Below are positions 39,608 through 47,842 of a stretch of DNA of 64,000 nucleotides, in pieces; the first letter of the stretch is position 1, and the number at the start of each line of letters is the position of its first letter. This DNA is from an uncultured Spirochaetota bacterium (GTDB taxonomy: Bacteria; Spirochaetota; Spirochaetia; SZUA-6; Fen-1364). The translations under genes were made by a program, and so were the position numbers. Location of the stretch: NCBI GenBank assembly GCA_963734545.1, contig CAVTHO010000008.1, positions 800,001-864,000 of the forward strand, in the 5' to 3' direction. The notes beneath the pieces were generated by a model. It saw only the letters and a list, made by a program, of their open reading frames with translations. It was not told where the DNA came from and ran no database searches.

Positions 39608-40624
39608 CTACTGGACAGCTACCCCCAGGTGCGGCGCAAGCGCGCGCAGACGGGCCAGCAATTCCTCGAAATGAGCGAAATTGAGGCTCTGCTTGCCGTC
39701 CGACTTGGCCATTGCGGGGTCCGGATGGATCTCGATGAGGATCCCGTCCGCCCCCGCCGCGATGGCAGCGAGAGATGCAGGGGCCACGTAGTGCCAGTCA
39801 CCCATCGCGTGGCTGGGATCCACGAGAATGGGGAGATGGCTGAGACGCCTTATGACCGGGACCGCCGCGATATCCAGGGTGTTGCGGGTCTGGGTTTCGA
39901 AGGTCCGGATGCCCCGTTCGCAGAGGATGACGTGCGGGTTCCCGCCTTTCATGATGTATTCGGCCGACAGGAGGAGCTCCTCGATGGTGCCCATCATGCT
40001 CCTTTTGAGGAGGATCGGGGCGCGCGTCTCTCCGAGGGCCTTGAGGAGAGCGAAGTTCTGCATGTTCCTCGCGCCAACCTGGAAAACGCCCGAATAGCGC
40101 CCCACCAGGTCCACGTCGTGCTCCGACATGATTTCAGTGACCACGGTGAGCCCGTGCCGCTTCGCCGCGGCGCTGAGGATCTGAAGTCCCTGCTCGCCCA
40201 GACCCTGGAATGAGTACGGCGAAGAGCGCGGCTTGAAGGCGCCGCCCCGCAGGAGCTTCAGCCCAAGGCTGCTCACCAGCTTCGCAATCGACTCGACCTG
40301 TTCCTCGGTTTCCGCCGAGCAGGGGCCGGCAACCACCGCGAAGCCCCCCAATCCGACGCTGATCCCTCCCACCTCCACGCGCGTGGGATCGGGGTGGAAC
40401 TCCCGGGAGGCCAGCTTGTACGGCTTGAGCACGCGCAGGACGCTCTCGACGCCCGGCATCTGATCGAACTCGGATTCCGAAATGGCACGATCGTCGCCCG
40501 TGACCCCGCAGATCGTCTTGACGGCGCCCCGGCTCAGGTGCGGGGTATAGCCGAGGGTCCCTATCTTGTGCAGAGCGCTCTGGATCTGCTCTTCGGTGGC
40601 GTCCTTGCGGAAAATAATGATCAT
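39608..40624 (-). CDS. aroF: 3-deoxy-7-phosphoheptulonate (DAHP) synthase, type I-beta with N-terminal regulatory domain
   Basis: AGPCS, RGGAFKPRSSPYSFQG, QVGARNMQNF, CERGIRTF and DPSH motifs. Confidence 0.95.
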   Translation of the reverse strand: MIIIFRKDATEEQIQSALHKIGTLGYTPHLSRGAVKTICGVTGDDRAISESEFDQMPGVESVLRVLKPYKLASREFHPDPTRVEVGGISVGLGGFAVVAGPCSAETEEQVESIAKLVSSLGLKLLRGGAFKPRSSPYSFQGLGEQGLQILSAAAKRHGLTVVTEIMSEHDVDLVGRYSGVFQVGARNMQNFALLKALGETRAPILLKRSMMGTIEELLLSAEYIMKGGNPHVILCERGIRTFETQTRNTLDIAAVPVIRRLSHLPILVDPSHAMGDWHYVAPASLAAIAAGADGILIEIHPDPAMAKSDGKQSLNFAHFEELLARLRALAPHLGVAVQ

Positions 40625-40678
40625 GACAAAGTCTACAATGTTTTGACCTTTTGGCAAATAACATCGTAGTATGCCCGG

Positions 40679-41536
40679 ATGCGAACGCCCGCAGGAGCCG
40701 TTGCTTTCAACGCGGCGGCTGTCATCACGCTCCTGCTCATCGCCTCCGCGGCCCTTGCCCTCGCTCTCTTCCTGACCGTGCCGCGCACCGCCGAGCCCCT
40801 TCTCTCTCTTCCTGACAATACATGGTGGTTCATCTACCACGACCCGCCGCAGGGAGGCGCGCCGGCTGCCCTCTGGCGCATCGGCGCAGCCATGGCGACG
40901 GCATGCGTTGCGGCTGCCGCGTCATTTCGCGCCTACGCTCTCTTCCGGCGGACCGGTTCGATGCTGTTTCCGGCCCTCATGCTGTTTCTCTTTTCCCTCG
41001 GCCCGGAGTGTCTTCGCGCCGGAACCGCGTACCTGTATGCGATTGACGGCTCGATCTCCGCGGTTGTCGTTCTGACCAGGATGATCTACTGGGCCCGGTT
41101 CGTGGGCCTGCTGGGGCTGCTGCTCACGGGCCTGTACTGCATCGACTTCAAGTACAAGAGGTATGGCGTGCTCACCGCGGTCATATTCCTCGTCTCATTC
41201 GCCATGGCCGCGTACATCCCCGTGGACCGGACGGTGTTTCTCACGCAGCTCACCTGGAAGCTGGGAGACGAGCAGGGGGTCTGGTTCGTGAGTCTCACGA
41301 TAGGCGCCCTTGCGCTTTGCACCGCTGCTGCCGCTGCCCCTGCCAAGCGGGACGGAAGATACCTCTGGCTCGCGGCCGGTCTCGCTCTCCTTCTGGTGTC
41401 GCGAGAGCTCCTCTTCTTTGGCGCGAATCCGGTGATCCTCGGAGCAGGCCTGGCCGCATTGAGCGTGGGGATCGTATTGTGTCTGCGAACGGTCTCGACG
41501 CTCTCCGCTGCCGCGGCTGAGAGAAGCGCCGATTAA
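40679..41536 (+). CDS. Multi-pass membrane protein of unknown function
   Basis: About 8 hydrophobic helices; sigma70-like promoter directly upstream of the ATG. Confidence 0.75.
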   Translation: MRTPAGAVAFNAAAVITLLLIASAALALALFLTVPRTAEPLLSLPDNTWWFIYHDPPQGGAPAALWRIGAAMATACVAAAASFRAYALFRRTGSMLFPALMLFLFSLGPECLRAGTAYLYAIDGSISAVVVLTRMIYWARFVGLLGLLLTGLYCIDFKYKRYGVLTAVIFLVSFAMAAYIPVDRTVFLTQLTWKLGDEQGVWFVSLTIGALALCTAAAAAPAKRDGRYLWLAAGLALLLVSRELLFFGANPVILGAGLAALSVGIVLCLRTVSTLSAAAAERSAD

Positions 41537-41542
41537 GGGCGG

Positions 41543-42187
41543 CTAGGGCACGATAAGCTTTGCCGCCACCATTCCCACGCCAAAGGGGATGATGATGTTG
41601 TCGAAATTGCCCGCGGGGATCCCTTCCAGGAATGTCGCGGCAGCGGCCACGATGAGCGCATCAGCAGGATTCGAGGTGATGCCGAACGTGACAATGAAGA
41701 CCGCGGCGAAGCATGCGAAGCTTCCGGCCACTGTCTTGCCGTTCAGGAACGGAATCCGCGGCCCCTTGACCACTGTGCCGACCAGGCTTGCGAAGCCGTC
41801 CCCAAAGGCGAGGGCGAAGATGGCGATGGAAGCAGCGGGAAGCGGATACAGCAGCAGGGAAAGCAGGGCACCCAGACCGAGGGTGACCGGACCCAGAACG
41901 AACCTGTCCATGTCCCTTTCACGGGCGGCAATGAGCGTCAGATCGCTCACCACGAGCACGGGGTTGCCCTGACGGCGCGAAGCCTCGGCAAGGGAATAGA
42001 AGATGGTTCCCATGGCCAGGAGGGCTATGGTTGCCGGAAGATTGACGGCGGCCAGAACAGGGACGAGGGCAATGAGGAGGTGAAGTGACTTCCTGACCAT
42101 CTCCCCTTGAAACCTGGCGGCAACTTGAGTACCTTGTGTCTGTCGGCTTTCGGCTTGTCGTAGCAATTCCGGTCTTTCCTGCATCAT
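41543..42187 (-). CDS. CTP-dependent polyprenol/phytol/diacylglycerol kinase (SEC59/VTE5/DGK1 family)
   Basis: RKSLH, LAFGDGFASLVG, GKTVAGS and FDNIIIP motifs. Confidence 0.88.
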   Translation of the reverse strand: MMQERPELLRQAESRQTQGTQVAARFQGEMVRKSLHLLIALVPVLAAVNLPATIALLAMGTIFYSLAEASRRQGNPVLVVSDLTLIAARERDMDRFVLGPVTLGLGALLSLLLYPLPAASIAIFALAFGDGFASLVGTVVKGPRIPFLNGKTVAGSFACFAAVFIVTFGITSNPADALIVAAAATFLEGIPAGNFDNIIIPFGVGMVAAKLIVP

Positions 42188-42210
42188 GTTGTGTTCGCTG
42201 TCATTCTCAA

Positions 42211-42227
42211 TGCAATTTCGATACCAA
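42211..42227 (-). promoter_or_regulatory. Putative sigma-54 promoter of the polyprenol kinase gene
   Basis: Minus strand TTGGTATCGAAATTGCA fits GG-N10-GC (-24/-12), with an AT-rich tract upstream. Confidence 0.55.
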
Positions 42228-42483
42228 CAATGGGCAGAATGAGCTGCTTCTAATTGTTTATAGCTGAATCAATTGAAATGTCGATTTCTTCCCGGCTTCT
42301 GATCAGCACAGGTTTGTCTACTTTCTTGCACTTTAGGCTCTGATTTTCATATAGCGGAAGGGGCACTTTCCCGCAGTTCGCGCGGGTATTCGCGAGTCAG
42401 CGGTACCTTGGGCGGTCAGGCTGCTCAGGCGTCGCTGATTGACAGCAAACCCAGCGCCGATGTACTTTACCAGCAGATTTTCG

Positions 42484-42557
42484 GGGCGATTAACTCAGCG
42501 GCCCAGAGTGCTACCTTCACACGGTAGAAGTCACTGGTTCAAATCCAGTATCGCCCA
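42484..42557 (+). tRNA. tRNA-Val(CAC)
   Basis: GGGCGAT/ATCGCCC-A acceptor stem, CTACC-TTCACAC-GGTAG anticodon arm and GGTTCAAATCC; preceded by a TTGACA...TACTTT promoter; CCA not encoded. Confidence 0.97.
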
Positions 42558-42570
42558 TATTGAGCGAGCC

Positions 42571-44032
42571 ATGAGTGATCTGGGCGCGTACGATGCCATC
42601 GGGCTGGGCGAGCTTGTCCGCAGGCGAAAGGTTTCCCCCGCGGACCTCCTGGAGAACACGATCCGCCGCATCGAGGCGGTCAACCCGAGCCTGAACGCAG
42701 TCATCTGCACGCTCTGGGACCGGGCCCGGGCGGAAGTGAAGAAACGCACGGAAAAGGGTGCTGCCTCCGGCGAGCGCTTCCCCGGCGTTCCCTACCTGTT
42801 GAAGGACCTCCTGACGGACATGCAAGGCGCGCCATTCGCTGACGGGTCCCGGTTCGTGCATGGCCACGTGTCCGCAATCGACAGCGAGCTCGTCGAGCCG
42901 GACTCGCAAGAGCGGTCTTGTCATCGCCGGAAGGACGAACACGTCAGAGCTCGGCGTGCTCACCACCGCGGAGCCGCTTCTCTACGGCCCGGCGCGAAAC
43001 CCATGGAACCTCAGGTTGACAACAGGGGGATCCAGCGGCGGATCGGCAGCCGCCGTTGCGGCGGGCATGGTGCCGATGGCCCACGGCAACGACGGCGGCG
43101 GCTCCATCCGCATCCCCGCGTCCTGCTGCGGAGTGTTCGGCCTGAAGCCGACCCGGGGCCGCAACAGCCTGGGGCCGCTGTTCGGAGACTTCGCCCATGG
43201 CATCGTTTGTGAGCATGCCCTTACCCGCACGGTGCGGGACTCCGCGGCTCTGCTCGACGTCACCTCGGGCGCCGTCCCCGGTGATCCCTACGTTGCCCCG
43301 GCCCCCGCGCGGCCCTTCCTCGAGGAAGCGCGCCGAAGCCCCGGCCGGCTGAAAATCGCTTTCCTCTCTCGCGTGCCCGACGGCTGGAACGAGGAGACGG
43401 CGCTGCATCCGGATTGCGCGGCCGCCGTGCACGATGCCGCTCGGCTCTGCGAGTCCCTCGGCCATACGGTGGTGGAGGCAGACCCGGCCGCCCTTGCCTG
43501 GCCCGACCTGCCCCGGCGTTTCATCACGATTTTCTCATCCTTTGTCGGGCACTCGGTGGCGTACTGGGAGCGTACGCTGGGGAAGTCAGTGACACGGGAG
43601 GATCTGGAGCCGGTGACATGGGACTTGTACCAGGCGAGCCAGGGGATCACCAGTGCCGCCTACCTGGTAACGTGGGAGGAGCTGCAGCGCTTCTCACGCA
43701 AGGTGGCATGCTGGTACCGGGACGGCGGGTGGGATGTCCTCCTGTCCCCCACGATGCAGGTCCCTCCGACGGAACTCGGGTCCTTCGACCCGTCGCCCGG
43801 CGATCCGGGGAAATCGATCAGGCTCGCGCTGTCTTTCGTCGCTTTCACGCGCACGCAGAACATCACCGGGGATCCGGCCATGTCCGTCCCTCTCTACTGG
43901 AACAAGGACGAGGTGCCCATCGGGGTGCAGTTCGCGGCGCCCTTCGGCGCCGAGGCGACGCTCTTCCGGCTCGCCGCGCAACTGGAGAAGGCGCGGCCGT
44001 GGGCTGCGCGGAGGCCGCCCGTGCACTGCTGA
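42571..44032 (+). CDS. Amidase signature family enzyme (frameshift near 42898, probably a sequencing error)
   Basis: GVPYLLKDL in the first frame; [18 protein letters not shown] and [11 protein letters not shown] (Ser-cisSer-Lys triad) in the second frame. Confidence 0.88.
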
Positions 44033-44071
44033 GCCGCCCCTCGAGCAGCGCCGCATAGAATCCACGCTGCT

Positions 44072-44110
44072 CCTGCAATCCTTATTGCGGGCCGCAATCT
44101 GTATTGCAGG
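44072..44110. promoter_or_regulatory. Paired palindromic upstream activator sites (putative bEBP enhancer)
   Basis: GCAAT-N4-ATTGC at 44075 and again at 44094, together forming a larger inverted repeat, about 100-135 bp upstream of the sigma-54 start. Confidence 0.6.
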
Positions 44111-44155
44111 CCGCGCGTGTGTATCGAGCCCCACCTCTTACGCTAATTCTTTACA

Positions 44156-44199
44156 AATAAAGCAATTGACAAATGCCCGATGTTGGCATGCCCCTTGCT
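44156..44199 (+). promoter_or_regulatory. Sigma-54 promoter with IHF-like site
   Basis: TTGGCATGCCCCTTGCT (44183-44199) closely matches TGGCAC-N5-TTGC. AATAAAGCAATTG (44156-44168) is one mismatch from WATCARNNNNTTR. Confidence 0.75.
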
Positions 44200-44211
44200 T
44201 TGTCTCTTGTC

Positions 44212-45189
44212 ATGATGAAGAACATATTGAAGTTCCTGAAAGAGTACGTAAAGTCGATGCGGCTCTACTACTCATTCGTCACGGGCATCGCCGGCTGGAT
44301 CGGCATCACCTGCTATGAGTATTCCGCCGACCTTCCGACCTCGGGAGCCGGCGCAAGAAAACTCGTCATTCTGGTACTTGCGTTCCTGGGCTGGGGAATA
44401 AACCAGATCGTCAACGACTACCTCGGTCTGCCGGAGGACCGAATCAACGCACCCCGGCGGCCCATGGTCACAGGAGCCCTCGACCCTCGGAAAGCTCTGC
44501 TCCTCTCGTCGTTCCTCATGCTTGGTGCTGCTGTGGTCACCTGGCTTTTCCTGGAGCCCATTGCGATCGTGTTCCTCCTGGCAGGAGTCATGCTGAACGT
44601 GCTGTACGAAAAGGCGAAAGGATACGGCGTCTGGGGCAACATCGTTTTCGGCCTGATGATCTGCATGGTGACCCTGTACGGCTTTTTCGCGATGGGCCCC
44701 GTCCATGGATTCCGCTGGCTGTCCCGCATCCTGCCGGTGCTTGCTCTCCTTTGCACGATCAACGGGCTCATGACCCTGTACACGTATTTCAAGGACTACT
44801 CCGGGGATCGACGAACCGGGAAAAGAACATTGATTGTCATCTGGGGGCTGAAGAGATCGAGGATCTGCGCCTTCGCAGGGGCCTTTCTGCCGCTGTCGGT
44901 GTTCGTTCTCCTCATGGCTGCCAACAAGCTCCCCATCCACATTGGCGCCGAGTTCATGCTCCTCGGCTCGCTGGCCCTGGCCCTGCAGATCTGGACAGGA
45001 GCTCTCTTCTATTTGAAGCCCGTCGGAAAGGCGACGTACACATCCCTGGGAGTCAATTTCAAGGCGTGCGTATGCGCGGAAGCCGCCCTGCTGTCACTGT
45101 TCGACCCCCTGCTGGGCGTTCAACTCTTCGTCATTTCGTATTTCGCCGTGACCTTTCTCTTCTTTCTGCACAAAAACGCCAAGGCCTAG
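44212..45189 (+). CDS. UbiA-family intramembrane prenyl/alkyl transferase (DGGGP synthase/ChlG-like)
   Basis: NQIVNDYLGLPEDRINAPRRPMVTG, KGYGVWGN and FKDYSGDRRTGKRTL motifs; multi-TM. Confidence 0.88.
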   Translation: MMKNILKFLKEYVKSMRLYYSFVTGIAGWIGITCYEYSADLPTSGAGARKLVILVLAFLGWGINQIVNDYLGLPEDRINAPRRPMVTGALDPRKALLLSSFLMLGAAVVTWLFLEPIAIVFLLAGVMLNVLYEKAKGYGVWGNIVFGLMICMVTLYGFFAMGPVHGFRWLSRILPVLALLCTINGLMTLYTYFKDYSGDRRTGKRTLIVIWGLKRSRICAFAGAFLPLSVFVLLMAANKLPIHIGAEFMLLGSLALALQIWTGALFYLKPVGKATYTSLGVNFKACVCAEAALLSLFDPLLGVQLFVISYFAVTFLFFLHKNAKA

Positions 45190-45200
45190 AGGAGGAAGTG

Positions 45201-46418
45201 ATGATCGCGCTTCAGCCGGCACGGATCGGCGCAGTGGTACTGAAGAACAGGATAGTCCGTTCGGCAACGTACGAAGGTCGATGCGACGATCATGGATTTC
45301 CGGATGAAAGCTATCGAGACCTGTACGCGGAGCTGGCGCGCAACGAGGTCGGAGCGATGATCACGGGTTTCACCTATATCACGCGTTCCGGCAGAGCCAT
45401 GCAGCCCCGGCAAGCGGGGATCGAGAACGAGTCCAAGATTCGATTCTACCGGGAAGTCACCCGTGCGGTGCACAGCCATGACGGCAGGATATTCATGCAG
45501 CTTGCTCATACGGGGCGGCAGACCTCGCGCCAGGCAACGGGTGAAGAAGTTGCAGGAGCCAGCGGGAAACGGTCTCGCTACTTCAATCAGAAGCCCCGGT
45601 CACTTGAAGCGCGTGAAGTCCTTCGGATCGTGGAGCAGTTCGCCGACTCCGCGGTACGCGCCATGCAGGCCGGGTTCGACGGCATACAGCTCCATGCGGC
45701 ACATGGCTACCTCATTCACCAGTTCCTTTCACCCGCCATCAACACCAGGAAGGACTTGTTCGGCATCGACAGAGAATCTCGGCTGGGAATCCGCTTCCTC
45801 GACCTGATCATCGACTGCATCAGGCAGAAGTGCGGACCGCACTACCCCGTCCTGGTGAAGATCAGCGGCGGGGATGACGGCCGAAACGGCATGTCCGAGA
45901 CTCGGCTCGTACGACTGATTCACTTCCTCAACACCAAGAAGGTGGATGCGATCGAGATCAGTTGCGGCACCATGGAACGTCCACTGGATATCTTTCGCGG
46001 CGCCAGCATTCCGCTGGACGTGATACTGCGCTGCAACCCGCGATACAGGATTCCGGGCGCACTCCGGCGTTCTCTCTGGAAGACCCTGGCCGCGCCTTTC
46101 ATTCTGGCCCGAACAAGGCCGCTCACCCCCGCGTACAATCTCCACTTCGCCGAAACGGCCAAGAGGCATTCGGACGTCCCGATCATCAGCGTGGGCGGCT
46201 TCCGCAGCGGCGGCCAGATCGAGTCGTCCCTCGCCGACGGCAAGACGGACTTCATCGGTTTGTGCAGGCCCCTGCTGTGTGAGCCTGATTTCGTACAGAG
46301 ACTGAAGGAGAACAACTCCTACGTCTCGCGATGCGTCAGCTGCAACGTGTGCGCAGTTCTCTGCGACACGCGAAGTCCGACGCGATGTCATTTCGGGGAG
46401 GCAGTCCATGAGTATTGA
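45201..46418 (+). CDS. NADH:flavin oxidoreductase (Old Yellow Enzyme family) with C-terminal Cys cluster
   Basis: LKNRIVRSAT, QLAHTGR, AGFDGIQLHAAHGYL, SVGGFRS, RPLLCEPD and CVSCNVC..C motifs; GGAGG RBS. Confidence 0.9.
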   Translation: MIALQPARIGAVVLKNRIVRSATYEGRCDDHGFPDESYRDLYAELARNEVGAMITGFTYITRSGRAMQPRQAGIENESKIRFYREVTRAVHSHDGRIFMQLAHTGRQTSRQATGEEVAGASGKRSRYFNQKPRSLEAREVLRIVEQFADSAVRAMQAGFDGIQLHAAHGYLIHQFLSPAINTRKDLFGIDRESRLGIRFLDLIIDCIRQKCGPHYPVLVKISGGDDGRNGMSETRLVRLIHFLNTKKVDAIEISCGTMERPLDIFRGASIPLDVILRCNPRYRIPGALRRSLWKTLAAPFILARTRPLTPAYNLHFAETAKRHSDVPIISVGGFRSGGQIESSLADGKTDFIGLCRPLLCEPDFVQRLKENNSYVSRCVSCNVCAVLCDTRSPTRCHFGEAVHEY

Positions 46419-46659
46419 AGAGCGGGTCATATCAGTGGTGCGAGAAAATCTGGAGAACGGCAGAGAGATCCCCATCACCCCGGGGAGCGAGCTGGTGAAG
46501 GATCTGGAAATCGATTCCGTGAGCGCCCTGACGATCCTTTTCGGTCTGGAAAAGGAGTTCTCCGCTTCTCTGCACGAATCGATGTTCGGCAGCTGCAAGA
46601 CCGTTCACGACGTCATCGCCAGCCTCGAAAGACAGTTGCCGCAGCTGCGGGGAGGCTGA
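46408..46659 (+). CDS. Acyl carrier protein
   Basis: 83 aa acidic protein with DLEIDSV phosphopantetheine motif and LEKEF...TVHD. Confidence 0.9.
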   Translation: MSIEERVISVVRENLENGREIPITPGSELVKDLEIDSVSALTILFGLEKEFSASLHESMFGSCKTVHDVIASLERQLPQLRGG

Positions 46660-46660
46660 G

Positions 46661-47842
46661 ATGAGCACACCGGGTTATCTCGAGCAGCTCACGATCGACA
46701 AGAGCCTCGCGGAAACGCTGAACTTCAACCCGTATTATCAGGTCCTGCGATCCGGTCTGGGAGACCCGATCAGAGTCGGCGGCGAAGAGTTCATCAACCT
46801 CGCTTCGAACAACTATCTCGGCATCGGCAGCTCGGACAGAGTCAAGAAGGCCATGATCGACGGCGTGCAGCGATATGGCGTCTCCATGTGCGGCACTCCC
46901 ATTGCAACCGGCTATGTCGATGCGTTTGCCCGGCTCGAGCGGAGACTGGCCGGGTTCGTCGGTCTGAAGGATTCCACCGTATTCCCCTCCTGCTATCAGG
47001 CGAACCTCGGCGTCTTTTCCGCCATCGCGAGGAAGGAAGATGCGATCATCTTCGACCACTATGCGCATTCGTCCCTCGTGAGCGGCATCAGGGCGGTGGG
47101 ATGCAGGGCGCTGGCATTCCTTCACAACGATACTCGCCATCTGGAGAAGCTCCTGCAGAGCACATCGGGCTGCCGACAGACCTTTGTCGTGACGGAATCC
47201 GTGTTCTCAACTGAAGGGAGCATCGCGCCGTTTCGTGAGATCGTTCAATTGTGCGCCGCGCATGACGCCATTCCTGTCGTTGATGACTCCCACGGCATCG
47301 GCGTGCTCGGAAAGAACGGGCGAGGAATACTCGAGGAGCAGAATATCGAGAGCTACCCGGGCATCTACACGGCCTCCCTGGGCAAGGCGCTCGCAAATTT
47401 CGGAGGAATGGTCGCCGGCAGCGCGAACCTGATCGAATACCTGCGGTATGCCTGCCCCGCTCTCATCTACTCCACGGCCCTGCCGCCTTCGATCCTGCTG
47501 GGAATAGAGGCGGCCCTCGACATTGTCGAAGAGGAATTCACGGTGCGGGCCCGGCGGATGTGGAGATACAAGAACCTCGTATCCTCCCGGCTTCAGGAGC
47601 TCGGCTTTTCAGTCATTGCCGGCGAGGCGCCGATCACATCTGTGGCCTGCGGCGGGCTTGCAGACACGCTGCGCTTCGCCCGGGAGCTCTACTCGCAGAA
47701 GATTCTCGCCACGCCGTTTGTCCCCCCCTCTGTCCCGCCGAACATGGGCAGAGTCCGGCTCATCGCCGGGGCAGACCTGCAGGAGTCTTCCGTCCAGCGG
47801 GCTCTGGATGCCTTTTCCCGGATCGCAGAGGGACGATCATGA
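46661..47842 (+). CDS. PLP-dependent alpha-oxoamine synthase (serine palmitoyltransferase/AONS/KBL family)
   Basis: NPYY N-terminus, NLASNNYLG, SCYQAN, HSSL, FLHND, ESVFSTEG, DDSHGIG and SLGKA (PLP Lys). Confidence 0.9.
   Translation: MSTPGYLEQLTIDKSLAETLNFNPYYQVLRSGLGDPIRVGGEEFINLASNNYLGIGSSDRVKKAMIDGVQRYGVSMCGTPIATGYVDAFARLERRLAGFVGLKDSTVFPSCYQANLGVFSAIARKEDAIIFDHYAHSSLVSGIRAVGCRALAFLHNDTRHLEKLLQSTSGCRQTFVVTESVFSTEGSIAPFREIVQLCAAHDAIPVVDDSHGIGVLGKNGRGILEEQNIESYPGIYTASLGKALANFGGMVAGSANLIEYLRYACPALIYSTALPPSILLGIEAALDIVEEEFTVRARRMWRYKNLVSSRLQELGFSVIAGEAPITSVACGGLADTLRFARELYSQKILATPFVPPSVPPNMGRVRLIAGADLQESSVQRALDAFSRIAEGRS

Noticed and set aside
42188-42483. Riboswitch or ncRNA in the AT-rich intergenic region
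   Set aside because: No recognisable aptamer or stable structure by eye; explained by two divergent promoters.
44212-45189. Complete archaeal-type ether lipid pathway (G1PDH + DGGGP synthase)
   Set aside because: No GGGP synthase or polyprenyl synthase in the window, and G1PDH is 31 kb away; kept only as a low-ranked possibility.
46661-47842. Calling the AOS bioF (biotin synthesis)
   Set aside because: No bioA, bioD, bioB or bioC nearby; the radical SAM is not BioB-like; the context is lipid kinase/UbiA.
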